Origin: an uncultured Chryseobacterium sp.
GTDB lineage: Bacteria; Bacteroidota; Bacteroidia; Flavobacteriales_C; GCA-002722245
NCBI GenBank assembly: GCA_964406465.1
Contig: CAYORT010000001.1
Location: forward strand, 157,144 to 221,143
Direction of reading: 5' to 3'
Length of the DNA: 64,000 bases
How positions within the stretch are numbered: the first letter of the stretch is position 1; each line of letters starts with the position of its first letter. Below are positions 1 through 9,416 of this stretch, piece after piece. The notes beneath the pieces were generated by a model. It had not been told where the DNA came from. It searched no databases and saw only the letters and a program-made list of their open reading frames with translations. The translations under genes and the position numbers were made by a program.

Positions 1-431
1 CCAATCCACAAAGCTAAATCTGGATTGATTGGGTTTTTTACCATCACAGGAATATTAACGCCTTTCAATGCATCAGCGATGTCTTGAACAGAGAATGGGT
101 TTACTGTTGTACGAGCACCAATCCATAAAATATCAATGCCGTGTTTTAGAGCCAATTCAACGTGTTCTGTAGTAGCAACCTCAGTGGTAAGTAACATTCC
201 TGTTTCTTTTTTCACTTCATTCATCCACTTCAAACCTTCTTCACCAATACCTTCAAAAGATCCTGGTCTAGTTCTAGGTTTCCATATTCCGGCTCTAAAG
301 ACTTGTGCTTTTCCGTGTTTTGCAATTTCTCTACCTGTTTCTACAACTTGCTCTTGTGTTTCTGCACTGCAAGGTCCCGCAATCAAAAGAGGAGTATTCA
401 ATCCTAATCCCCAATCTTTGATTTTTTTCAT
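1..431 (-). CDS. 3-deoxy-7-phosphoheptulonate (DAHP) synthase, N-terminal part; the gene continues beyond the window start
   Basis: The reverse-strand translation from the ATG at 431..429 reads MKKIKDWGLGLNTPLLIAGPCSAETQEQV...KAQVFRAGIWKPRTRPGSFEGIGEEGLKWM. This matches the LIAGPCS and KPRTSxxxFQGLGxEGL motifs of type I-beta DAHP/KDO8P synthases. The gene is not in the supplied ORF track because it runs off the window. Confidence 0.7.
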   Translation of the reverse strand, partial: MKKIKDWGLGLNTPLLIAGPCSAETQEQVVETGREIAKHGKAQVFRAGIWKPRTRPGSFEGIGEEGLKWMNEVKKETGMLLTTEVATTEHVELALKHGIDILWIGARTTVNPFSVQDIADALKGVNIPVMVKNPINPDLALWI

Positions 432-513
432 GTTCTTAATCATTGTAATAAAATATTAGGCTACAAATATCTGCACAATATTCGTATTTCCAAATTAAAT
501 TCTAAAATTTCTT

Positions 514-1233
514 TTATTCCGATTCTAATTCAGAATTATATTTTGTTTTCTTGGGGCTTTCGTAGCCAGCGATAACTACTACCATTTCTCCTTTCAAACT
601 GTTGGGAGTCATTGAATTTATTACTTCAGATACCGTTCCGCGTTTAATTTCTTCAAACATTTTTGATATCTCTCTGCAGAATGATATTTGGCGATTCTCT
701 CCAAAAAATTCTTTGATTTCATTCAAACAACGCTCTATTCGGTGTGGAGATTCATATAAAACTACCGTTTCTGGCAAGGTAGAAAGGTATTTTAGTCGAG
801 TTTGTCTTCCTTTTTTATGAGGTAAAAATCCTTCGTAATGAAATTTATCGCATGGTAATCCCGATGTTACCAAAGCGGGAACAAAGGCAGTGGCGCCAGG
901 CAAACATTCTACAGCTATTCCTCTGGCAACACATTCTCTTACCAAAAGGAATCCTGGATCAGAAATACCTGGAGTACCAGCGTCGGAAACTAAGGCAGCT
1001 GTTTTACCACTAGAAATTTCATCGGCTACTTTTTGCAAAACAGTATGTTCATTATTGAGGTGAAAAGGATAAAGTTTCTTCTCTATCTCGTAATGCTGAA
1101 GTAAACGTGAACTTGTGCGTGTATCTTCGGCAAGTATAAAGTCGCAATCTTTTAAAACCTCTAGGGCTCGCAAAGTAATGTCTTTGAGATTTCCTATTGG
1201 GGTAGGAACAACGATGAGTTTACTTTGCGACAT
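514..1233 (-). CDS. rsmI: 16S rRNA (cytidine1402-2'-O)-methyltransferase RsmI
   Basis: The 239 aa product begins LIVVPTPIGNLKDITLRALEVLKDCDFILAEDTR and contains GxSDPG and YESPHR motifs typical of RsmI tetrapyrrole-methylase-fold enzymes. Confidence 0.9.
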   Translation of the reverse strand: MSQSKLIVVPTPIGNLKDITLRALEVLKDCDFILAEDTRTSSRLLQHYEIEKKLYPFHLNNEHTVLQKVADEISSGKTAALVSDAGTPGISDPGFLLVRECVARGIAVECLPGATAFVPALVTSGLPCDKFHYEGFLPHKKGRQTRLKYLSTLPETVVLYESPHRIERCLNEIKEFFGENRQISFCREISKMFEEIKRGTVSEVINSMTPNSLKGEMVVVIAGYESPKKTKYNSELESE

Positions 1234-1239
1234 AATTGA

Positions 1240-2394
1240 TTAAATACTTTTTTGAATAATGGTTCTTGTTGGATAAGCGAAGGTTAATCCTTTTTCTTCA
1301 AATAATCGCATTATCTCCAAATTCATTTCTGTTTGCACAACAGGGGGCAATTTTTCTTTTTTGATAAAATACGAGAACTCAATATTTAAAGCTGAGTCTA
1401 AGAATTTATTAAAATTGATCACGTAGTTTTTTTCAACGCCTTCATTTTTCTCGGCAATTTCTTTAAGTGTATCCATAGCTAACTTCATTTTCTCATAGCC
1501 TGTATCGTATGTTAAGCCTAGGTTTATCACTACTTTAAACAAAGGTTCTGAAGTAACGTTTTCAATTCCGGTGTTCGAGAAAATAGAATTGGGGATAGTT
1601 ACTTTTCTACCCATCAATGTGCGTAAACGAGTTGAACGAATACCAATTTCTTCAACAACACCTTCGGTTCCCGAAACAATGATTCTGTCTTTAATTTTGA
1701 AAGGCTTATCGGTAAAGATGGTAATTCCGCCAAATAGATTTTTCATTGAATCCTGCGCAGCTAGAGCGAAGGCCAAACCTCCAATACCTAAACCTGTGAT
1801 TAGCGCACCTACGTCGTAACCAGCATTGCTTAAACCAATGATGATGGCAATAATCCAAACAGTAATTTTTAAAGCTTTTCTTACTATTGGTAAAATTTGA
1901 TCGTCTAAGTCACTCGATGATTTTTCGGTAAGCGGAACGATATATTCATCGATCAAAGCATCTATCAATCGAGTAGAAGACCAAGCAATGTTTACTAAAG
2001 TTGCGATGTAGAAAATTACATGTAAAAACTTCTCAAAGCCTGCTCCGAAATGCAGAATATCTGTGGAAATCCAAATACCAAATAAACCAATGGCAAAGGC
2101 AACCGGACCTTCAAGTTTTTCAATCAATAAATCATCAAGGTTGGTTTTTGTTTTCGCAGTAAATTTCTTTACTACATTAGAAATGATCCAGTAGATGATT
2201 TTTGCTGTGATTATTGAAAGCAATATTCCAGCGGCGGCTATTATCCAATGTGCCAGAGTGTTTCCAAAGAATTCTTCTTGCATAAATGTTGGAAAATATT
2301 GAGCAATACCTTGTACTGCTTTTTCATCTATTACCTTTGGCACTATGGTTAAGCTATCGCTAACTGTTTGCTGGGTGCTATCTATTGCTGGCAT
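1240..2394 (-). CDS. mechanosensitive ion channel (MscS) family protein
   Basis: The product has an N-terminal periplasmic/TM region followed by an MscS beta-domain signature (IKDRIIVSGTEGVVEEIGIRSTRLRTLMGRKVTIPNS). Confidence 0.85.
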   Translation of the reverse strand: MPAIDSTQQTVSDSLTIVPKVIDEKAVQGIAQYFPTFMQEEFFGNTLAHWIIAAAGILLSIITAKIIYWIISNVVKKFTAKTKTNLDDLLIEKLEGPVAFAIGLFGIWISTDILHFGAGFEKFLHVIFYIATLVNIAWSSTRLIDALIDEYIVPLTEKSSSDLDDQILPIVRKALKITVWIIAIIIGLSNAGYDVGALITGLGIGGLAFALAAQDSMKNLFGGITIFTDKPFKIKDRIIVSGTEGVVEEIGIRSTRLRTLMGRKVTIPNSIFSNTGIENVTSEPLFKVVINLGLTYDTGYEKMKLAMDTLKEIAEKNEGVEKNYVINFNKFLDSALNIEFSYFIKKEKLPPVVQTEMNLEIMRLFEEKGLTFAYPTRTIIQKSI

Positions 2395-2405
2395 AATACT
2401 ATATT

Positions 2406-3281
2406 TTAATCTCTAAATCTTTTGGTTAAATCTTGAAAAGCATCGATTCTGCGGTCACGGAAAAATGGCCAAATGCGACGCACTTGCTCTGATCTTTTCA
2501 TGTCTATTTCAAGAACTATGTTTTCTTCTTTGTCGTTGCTAGCGGTATAAATTAGTTCTGCTTGCGGACCGGCAACGAAGCTATTTCCCCAAAATTGAAT
2601 GCCATTGGTTACGCCCGAAGGATCAGCCTCGTGCCCAACTCTATTCACCGAAATAACATGCAGTCCGTTTGCCACTGCGTGCCCGCGTTGAACACTCACC
2701 CAAGCATTCAATTGTCTTTGTTTTTCTTCTTCTTTGTCGCTCGATTCCCAGCCTATTGCTGTTGGATATATTAATAATTCAGCTCCAGCTAGGGCCATTA
2801 ATCTTGCTGCTTCAGGGTACCACTGATCCCAGCAAATTAAAACACCTAATTTTCCCAATGAAGTTTGTATGGGTTCAAAACCTAAATCACCTGGAGTGAA
2901 ATAAAATTTTTCATAATAGGCAGGATCATCTGGAATGTGCATTTTGCGGTATTTTCCAGCAATGTTTCCATCTTTTTCAAAAACAACTGATGTATTGTGA
3001 TACAATCCTGCAGCGCGCTTTTCAAATAATGAAGTAACCAGCACTATTCCTAGTTCTTTGGCCAATTTACCAAATCTATCTGTGCTTGGTCCGGGTATGC
3101 TTTCCGCTTGATCAAATTGATTGGTATCTTCTGTTTGACAAAAGTACAATCCATTATGTAGTTCTTGCAGAACTACCAATTGCGCACCTTTTGCTGCACA
3201 TTCGCGAATGTTTTTCTCTAGCTTATCTACATTTTGCGAAATATTGGCACTATTGGATTGCTGAACGATACCGATTTTCAT
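2406..3281 (-). CDS. carbon-nitrogen hydrolase family protein (N-carbamoylputrescine amidase-like)
   Basis: The fold is nitrilase/CN-hydrolase: an E...K...C triad context with a catalytic-Cys region (VLICWDQWYPE) and a GAELLIYPTAIG segment. Confidence 0.8.
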   Translation of the reverse strand: MKIGIVQQSNSANISQNVDKLEKNIRECAAKGAQLVVLQELHNGLYFCQTEDTNQFDQAESIPGPSTDRFGKLAKELGIVLVTSLFEKRAAGLYHNTSVVFEKDGNIAGKYRKMHIPDDPAYYEKFYFTPGDLGFEPIQTSLGKLGVLICWDQWYPEAARLMALAGAELLIYPTAIGWESSDKEEEKQRQLNAWVSVQRGHAVANGLHVISVNRVGHEADPSGVTNGIQFWGNSFVAGPQAELIYTASNDKEENIVLEIDMKRSEQVRRIWPFFRDRRIDAFQDLTKRFRD

Positions 3282-3345
3282 GCTTCTCTTTTTTGATAGC
3301 GCGAATTTAATAAAAATCTTCTCTACTATTTTTTACTTTTACATC

Positions 3346-5046
3346 ATGCTGAACAAAGAATGGGTTAATATTTCATTGGGTGCTACTTCTCAAAAAGAAG
3401 AATTAGTGAAAAGCTTAGGAATACACTCAGTTTTAGCGCAACTTCTGTTGAATAGAGGAATAACAAATTTTGAGGAAGCCAAAGCCTTTTTTCGTCCAAA
3501 TCTAGATTCGCTTCACAATCCTTTTTTGATGCGTGATATGGAAAAAGCAGTGGCTCGATTAGAATTGGCCATCACGAACAATGAAAAGATATTGGTGTTT
3601 GGTGATTACGATGTAGACGGAACAACAGCTGTCTCCATGATGTACTTGTTTTTGAAGAAAATCACCCACAATTTATCTTTTTATATTCCCGATAGGTACA
3701 AGGAAGGGTACGGGATTTCTAATGATTCCATAGATTTTGCCGAAAGAAATAATTTCACTTTGATTATCGCATTGGATTGCGGCACAAAGTCGGTGGATAA
3801 AATCGCTGATGCAAAAAATAGAGGAATAGATTATATTGTTTGTGATCATCATCAACCTGGTGAGGTTTTACCCAACGCGGTGGCCTTGCTCAACCCTAAA
3901 AGAAGTGATTGTAGTTATCCTTGCAAACATTTGTCGGGAGCGGGTGTTGGATTTAAGCTGATTCAAGCTTATTGTGAGAAGAATGAATTAGATAAAGATG
4001 AGTACTTGTGCTATCTCGATTTATTGGCCGTTAGTATTGGTGCCGATATAGTTCCAATTGTTGATGAAAATAGAGTTTTAGCATATCATGGTCTGCGAAA
4101 ATTAAATCAAAATCCCTCGCCAGGCTTACAAACAATTATTGCTGTTGCTAAAAGAAAAGAAGGTGAATTAACGATGAGCGATATCGGATTTGGAATTGGC
4201 CCGCGTATCAATGCTGCCGGACGATTATACAGTGGAAGCGAAATAGTAGAGTTGTTGGTGAGCAGTGACAAGCAAATGCGCGATGATATAGCGAGCGCCA
4301 TTGATAGTTATAATGAGGAACGAAAAAGCATAGAAAAATCGATTACAGAAGAAGCACTAAAAATGCTGGTTGGCGAAGAAGAAAAATGTACATCTATAGT
4401 TTTTCATTCTTCATGGCATAAAGGTGTGGTGGGTATAGTAGCTTCTAGATTGCAAGAAAAATACTACCGTCCCACGATGGTTTTTACAGAAGTTGATGGT
4501 AAGATAACAGGAAGTGCGCGTTCTGTGAAAGGCTTCAATATTTTAGAAGCAATTGAGAAATGCGCCCATTTGTTGGAGCAGTATGGTGGGCACGATCATG
4601 CCGCTGGTATGACGATGAAAGTAGAAAACTATTTGGCGTTTAAAAGCAAATTTGAAGAAGTTGTTTCGAATTCAATATCACCCGATTTATTAAAACTAAA
4701 AGTATTGGTAGAGGGTGATTTATCCATCAAGGAGATTGATGATAAATTTCACAGAGTGTTGAAGCAATTTGAACCTTTTGGTCCGGGTAACGAAATGCCC
4801 ATATTCACTTCTAGTGATTTTATCAATAGCGGTGAATGTAGTGTTTTAGGTAAGGAACATTTAAAGTTAGAGTTGAGTTCCATAGAAAATATCAACAGAA
4901 AATTTCCAGCTATTGCTTTTCGTCAAGCTGTATTTTCAAAGCATATCTCATCTGGAAATAGGTTTAGTGCTTGTTATTCGATTGCTGAGAACCATTGGAG
5001 AAACAAGACTTATATTCAATTAGAGATTAAGGATTTTAAATTTTAA
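3346..5046 (+). CDS. recJ: single-stranded-DNA-specific exonuclease RecJ
   Basis: A DHH motif (VFGDYDVDGTTAVSMM), a DHHQP motif and a DHH-associated GGHxxAAG segment are present. I trimmed the start to the in-frame ATG at 3346 (MLNKEW...) because the upstream extension is AT-rich and non-conserved. Confidence 0.9.
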   Translation: MLNKEWVNISLGATSQKEELVKSLGIHSVLAQLLLNRGITNFEEAKAFFRPNLDSLHNPFLMRDMEKAVARLELAITNNEKILVFGDYDVDGTTAVSMMYLFLKKITHNLSFYIPDRYKEGYGISNDSIDFAERNNFTLIIALDCGTKSVDKIADAKNRGIDYIVCDHHQPGEVLPNAVALLNPKRSDCSYPCKHLSGAGVGFKLIQAYCEKNELDKDEYLCYLDLLAVSIGADIVPIVDENRVLAYHGLRKLNQNPSPGLQTIIAVAKRKEGELTMSDIGFGIGPRINAAGRLYSGSEIVELLVSSDKQMRDDIASAIDSYNEERKSIEKSITEEALKMLVGEEEKCTSIVFHSSWHKGVVGIVASRLQEKYYRPTMVFTEVDGKITGSARSVKGFNILEAIEKCAHLLEQYGGHDHAAGMTMKVENYLAFKSKFEEVVSNSISPDLLKLKVLVEGDLSIKEIDDKFHRVLKQFEPFGPGNEMPIFTSSDFINSGECSVLGKEHLKLELSSIENINRKFPAIAFRQAVFSKHISSGNRFSACYSIAENHWRNKTYIQLEIKDFKF

Positions 5047-5104
5047 TTTTTTTCATGCAACCCTTTTTGACTGTGTGCATCTTTTGTACATAAATCAAAA
5101 AGCT

Positions 5105-6127
5105 ATGAAAAAGGATATTTTAAAATTAAGTTATGTTGCCTTGGCAAGTGCCATGGTAATAATGGGAACACAATCGTGTAATAAGAAGGACGACGGACCG
5201 GCAACCAATTATAATTCACCGGCCGAAGTTTTAGCAGATCTTGCGCCTGATGTACAATCATTTACTTTAGATGTTAGTAAAGAGAATGTGATTACCGGAG
5301 AAGATGGAACGGTGATTACTATTCCGGCTAATGCTTTTGTTGACGCAAATGGTAATCCGGTGCAAGGAGTTGTAACTATGGATCTAAAAGAAGTTCTCTC
5401 ACTTGGAGATCAATTTACATCAGGAGCTTTTGCAGTATCTGATGGCAAGTTATTGAATAGTGGTGGAGAGTTCTATTTGAAATTTACGGCTGGCGGACAA
5501 GAATTGACTCTTGCAGATAATAAATCAATTGACGTGCAAATCCCAACAGATAATGTAGATTCCAACATGACGGTATATACCGGTACAACGGTAAGCAATA
5601 ATCCTTTGGAAAATGATACATCTGGTTCCACTGTTAATTGGCAGGTTGCAGTAGATACAACAACCAATGACAGCGCTACTTATAAGGATCCTTCTGAATT
5701 GTATTTTGCTACCGAAATGTACGTAATGAAGATTTATGAATTGTATCAAAATGGATGGTACAATGTAGATTATTATGCGAACTATGATGAATTACTTCAC
5801 GATGGTAAATGCTCTGTTGTAGTAGCAGATAATAAAGATGATGAAGAAATTGAATTGGCATTTCAGTTTATTTACAAAGGATTTAATAGCGTTTGTACAC
5901 TTTATTCCTGGGATAAGAAAACAGTTGTGGGCGAACAAAATTTTGAGCTTAGTGGTTATTGGGTAAAAAATCAAACCCCTGTTTTGGTGGTAATGGGAGT
6001 AGGCAAAAAATCTAAGAAATTGTACTTCGGAAAAGTTTCTGTACAGATCACAGAAGGAGTTGAGGCAAAAGTGCAGTTAAACAGTATTTCTAAAGAAGCT
6101 TTATCTCAAGAATTGGATAATTTATAA
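5105..6127 (+). CDS. hypothetical lipoprotein
   Basis: The product starts MKKDILKLSYVALASAMVIMGTQSC, a signal peptide with a lipobox Cys. No recognisable catalytic motif is present. The start was moved to the ATG at 5105. Confidence 0.5.
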   Translation: MKKDILKLSYVALASAMVIMGTQSCNKKDDGPATNYNSPAEVLADLAPDVQSFTLDVSKENVITGEDGTVITIPANAFVDANGNPVQGVVTMDLKEVLSLGDQFTSGAFAVSDGKLLNSGGEFYLKFTAGGQELTLADNKSIDVQIPTDNVDSNMTVYTGTTVSNNPLENDTSGSTVNWQVAVDTTTNDSATYKDPSELYFATEMYVMKIYELYQNGWYNVDYYANYDELLHDGKCSVVVADNKDDEEIELAFQFIYKGFNSVCTLYSWDKKTVVGEQNFELSGYWVKNQTPVLVVMGVGKKSKKLYFGKVSVQITEGVEAKVQLNSISKEALSQELDNL

Positions 6128-6150
6128 AGAGTCTCCGGTTAGATAGTAGT

Positions 6151-7284
6151 TTAGTTAGCAAGCCGTCCCAATTTGCGTCGGGACGGCTTTTTTATTGCCA
6201 AAGAAAAAAGATAAGCGAGGTCGCTAAAATCCTTTGAATTTAAAGTGAGGGGAAGGTACATTATAAGAGAGTTAGGCGAAAGTATCCCTTTGTCTATAAA
6301 CCTCCTTGGCAAATTTCTTTGAGTATGTTTACTAAGCCACATTATGGAACCAAAATTTTGCAATCGAATTTTTCCCTTGCGATTCGCGCAATAGTGATTA
6401 ACCAGCTCACAAAATTTGTTGGCTTTTTCATTATTTGCTGTGCTGTATGGGTTTCCCTCATGCACTAGATGTTCACTAATTTTTAAGAAAGCCCTTAATG
6501 CTAAAGAAGAAGGAGCATCTGCTCCGGAGAGGGCCGAATTACCTAATGTGCTGCGGGTGCAAGCGAGAGCGGCGAAGGGAATGCCGTTGGTGTAATTTCC
6601 GCCAATTATTATGGCGTCTGCTTTAAACTGAAAAATGAAATTTAAACCTTTTAGGTGAATTCGGGCGGCTGTTTTTCTTTCATCAAGAATAAACGGAATA
6701 CCGCATCCGGAGCATTGCTTTCTGAGGGTATTGATCTTGCGCATGTATGCGTTTGATCGTATTATGAAAAACAAGGGGTCGATGACAACAGCAGCAATGC
6801 GATGAGGATGTTTTAATAGCTCGTTTATCTCGCTAATTTTCTTTACAAATAGAAAATTTGAAGGGAGAGGAAACTCTTGAAAACCCAGCACAAGGATGCT
6901 ATTTTTATGAGAAATTTTTCTAAAGTATTCCCCTAGGTGCGCAAATGCTTGCCATTCAGAGGAAAATAGATGAGCATCTTCAAACTCAGCAATTGTTTTG
7001 ATGGAGCTTTTAACTTCATCAATTAAGAATGTATTGCTTTGATGTAAGTCGCTAATGCTTATGTCTTGTAAGATTTCTTTTCTGTAAATGGTGTTGTACT
7101 GAGCTAATAATTTGTGTTGTGATTTTTCTGAAAGGTCGAATCTGATAGGAAGAACTCTTTTGTTTCGAGGTCGCTTGGCGACTTCCTTATCTGTTCGATA
7201 TAACATCGAACCAATCTCTTCTATATATTTTCTCTCTATTGAGTTACCTAATTGCAGTTCCATTGTGTGCTTTAATGACAGCAC
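6151..7284 (-). CDS. aminotransferase class III-fold (HemL/GSA-aminomutase-like) protein, short and possibly non-canonical
   Basis: My by-eye alignment to glutamate-1-semialdehyde aminomutase pairs IAAVVIDPL with IAAVIVEP, FILDERKTAAR with LIIDEVMTGFR, and ADAIIIGGNYTNGIPFAA with LGKIIGGGMPVGAFGG; the C-terminal GILSPNSL also resembles GVYLAPSAF. At 377 aa it is shorter than typical family members. Confidence 0.55.
   Translation of the reverse strand: MLSLKHTMELQLGNSIERKYIEEIGSMLYRTDKEVAKRPRNKRVLPIRFDLSEKSQHKLLAQYNTIYRKEILQDISISDLHQSNTFLIDEVKSSIKTIAEFEDAHLFSSEWQAFAHLGEYFRKISHKNSILVLGFQEFPLPSNFLFVKKISEINELLKHPHRIAAVVIDPLFFIIRSNAYMRKINTLRKQCSGCGIPFILDERKTAARIHLKGLNFIFQFKADAIIIGGNYTNGIPFAALACTRSTLGNSALSGADAPSSLALRAFLKISEHLVHEGNPYSTANNEKANKFCELVNHYCANRKGKIRLQNFGSIMWLSKHTQRNLPRRFIDKGILSPNSLIMYLPLTLNSKDFSDLAYLFSLAIKKPSRRKLGRLAN
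6160..6192. terminator. rho-independent terminator hairpin, likely bidirectional, between convergent genes
   Basis: The arms agccgtccc (6160-6168) and gggacggct (6179-6187) form a 9 bp stem with a 10 nt loop, followed by a T-tract. Confidence 0.6.
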
Positions 7285-7360
7285 AAAAATGAATAGAGAA
7301 AGGGGTGGTTTTAAACTGATTGTTGCAAATACAGAAACTGATTTTGCATAAAATGCAAAA

Positions 7361-9307
7361 TCATGTTCTTCCTAGAACTTTGGTGAGTGCTTTCTTAATT
7401 TCAAGATACCGCATCAATAGTAAGATATCGTCGTCATTGCATTCTTCTTTCGACTTAATGGAAAGGGTGTCTATATTTTTTTGCACGTTGGCAAGTTTAA
7501 CACGATGAACGGCCGTGTCAACAGCCTTCATTAATAAGTCTTCTTCCTTTCTCACGAAAATATTGTGTTTCTCCCAATCGAACAATTCATATTTAAAATC
7601 AATCAAATCAATCACAGCGGCGTTCAACTCAGTATCATGCGAATTAAGAAAATGCTTTTCTGTAGGAATATTTCCTAACTCAATTTGTGTTTTATATTCG
7701 TTGAAAATCCCTTGATAAATAGGGTTCTCGAAAGAAAGATTGTCTTCATCCATCGATAAAACAATAAACTCAGCCACAGAAATCATTACCTCTTCTTCGT
7801 TTGCTCCCTCAACTTTTATTTCCTTATTTCCATATTGCAAGAGAATGCGCATCAACTCACTTTCTTGTTCTTTGAAAGCAAGATTTTCTTTGTTTTCATC
7901 CATCACCTGCGCTGAAGGTGCATCGGCTAAATGAGCGTATTCGGGAGGAAGATCGGTTGGCAGCGGACCAGAGGGAGCTTCTTCACCTCTTACTTTCTTA
8001 TTGGCATTGCTTAAATCTTTTGCTCTTATCTTATTCAACTCGTTCAGCAAAGTTTGCTCACTGATATCCATTAACCTACTAGTCTCCTGCGTAAACACCG
8101 TTCTTTTAATCGGGTCGGGTATTTTGGCAACAGATGTTACAATATCTCTAATTAATTCGGCTCTCTTTATAGGATCACCTCCCGCTTCTTCCAATAATAT
8201 TTTACACTTAAAGTGAATGAAGTCGGTGGCATCATTCAAAAATGCCATCAATTCTTCCGGAGATTTTTTTTGTGAAAAGGAATCGGGATCTTCCCCATCG
8301 GGAAACAAAATCACTTTTACGTTTAAGCCTTCCTCCAAAATCATATCTATACCGCGAAAGGCTGCACGAATACCAGCCGCATCACCATCAAATAAAACTG
8401 TAATATTTTCTGTAAATCGTTTTATTAGTCGAATTTGCTCGGTGGTTAGCGCTGTTCCCGAAGAAGCCACTACATTTTCTACCCCCGCTTGATGCATGGA
8501 AATGACATCGGTGTATCCTTCAACCAAAAAGCAACGATCGTTTTTTATGATGCTTTTTTTGGCTTGTGAAATGCCATACAGCACTTTGCTTTTATGGTAT
8601 ATGTCTGTTTCCGGACTATTAACATATTTTGCAACAGATTTGTCTTTTTTAAGCGTTCTTCCGCCAAATCCAATTACCCTTCCAGTTAAATTGTGAATAG
8701 GAAAAATTACCCTCGCAGCAAATCTATCTACCAGATAATCGCCATATAAAATTCCCGATTTTAACAATAGCTCTTTGCTGTATCCTTTAGCAAGCGCTTT
8801 TGCGCCCAAATAGTTTTTGTCTTCAGGGGAATAGCCTAAATCGAATTTTTTTATTGTTTCTAAGGTGAAGCCTCTTTCTTTGAAATAGCTCATTCCAATC
8901 GCCTTTCCTTCTTGTAAAGATGTTAAATTGTCTTTGTACAAGGTGCTGGCAAACTGATGGATGAGGTAGAGCGCTTCTCTTTCATTTTCTTGTTCTATCT
9001 GCTCTGAACTTTGCTCTTCTTCCTGAATTTCAATATTGTATTTTTTTGCCAAAAAACGAAGCGCTTCAGGATAAGTGAAATGCTCGTGTTCCATTAAAAA
9101 TGTTACAACGCTACCGCCTTTTCCCGAAGAGAAGTCTTTAAATATTTGTTTGGCAGGGGAAACCACGAAAGACGGACTCTTCTCATTAACAAATGGACTT
9201 AATCCTTTGTAGTTAGTGCCGGCCTTCTTTAAATTCACAAACTCCCCAATCACTTCTTCAATGCGGGCTTCTTCAAAAATTTTATCTATGGTCTCCTTTG
9301 GAATCAC
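7361..9307 (-). CDS. dnaG: DNA primase DnaG
   Basis: An N-terminal zinc-ribbon-like region is followed by an intact TOPRIM core (LVEGYTDV ... LFDGDAAG). The arrangement resembles DnaG proteins in Bacteroidota. Confidence 0.9.
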   Translation of the reverse strand: MIPKETIDKIFEEARIEEVIGEFVNLKKAGTNYKGLSPFVNEKSPSFVVSPAKQIFKDFSSGKGGSVVTFLMEHEHFTYPEALRFLAKKYNIEIQEEEQSSEQIEQENEREALYLIHQFASTLYKDNLTSLQEGKAIGMSYFKERGFTLETIKKFDLGYSPEDKNYLGAKALAKGYSKELLLKSGILYGDYLVDRFAARVIFPIHNLTGRVIGFGGRTLKKDKSVAKYVNSPETDIYHKSKVLYGISQAKKSIIKNDRCFLVEGYTDVISMHQAGVENVVASSGTALTTEQIRLIKRFTENITVLFDGDAAGIRAAFRGIDMILEEGLNVKVILFPDGEDPDSFSQKKSPEELMAFLNDATDFIHFKCKILLEEAGGDPIKRAELIRDIVTSVAKIPDPIKRTVFTQETSRLMDISEQTLLNELNKIRAKDLSNANKKVRGEEAPSGPLPTDLPPEYAHLADAPSAQVMDENKENLAFKEQESELMRILLQYGNKEIKVEGANEEEVMISVAEFIVLSMDEDNLSFENPIYQGIFNEYKTQIELGNIPTEKHFLNSHDTELNAAVIDLIDFKYELFDWEKHNIFVRKEEDLLMKAVDTAVHRVKLANVQKNIDTLSIKSKEECNDDDILLLMRYLEIKKALTKVLGRT

Positions 9308-9342
9308 AGCCCTAAAAGTATGAATTAAATAACGATTGGAAA

Positions 9343-9372
9343 AGTAGGGGCACCCCTTGCGGGTGCCCTTCC
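9343..9372. promoter_or_regulatory. GC-rich hairpin in the divergent dnaG/rlmN intergenic region
   Basis: ggggcacccc ttgc gggtgccc forms an 8-9 bp GC stem inside an otherwise AT-rich intergenic region. Confidence 0.35.
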
Positions 9373-9416
9373 AAAAATATTTCCCTTGTTTTGTTATTAA
9401 CCCTTACCTTTGTGCT

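Noticed and set aside
136-459. 107 aa plus-strand ORF at the window start
   Set aside because: It lies antisense and out of frame within the well-supported minus-strand DAHP synthase gene. It is low-complexity S/P/F-rich and is a shadow ORF.
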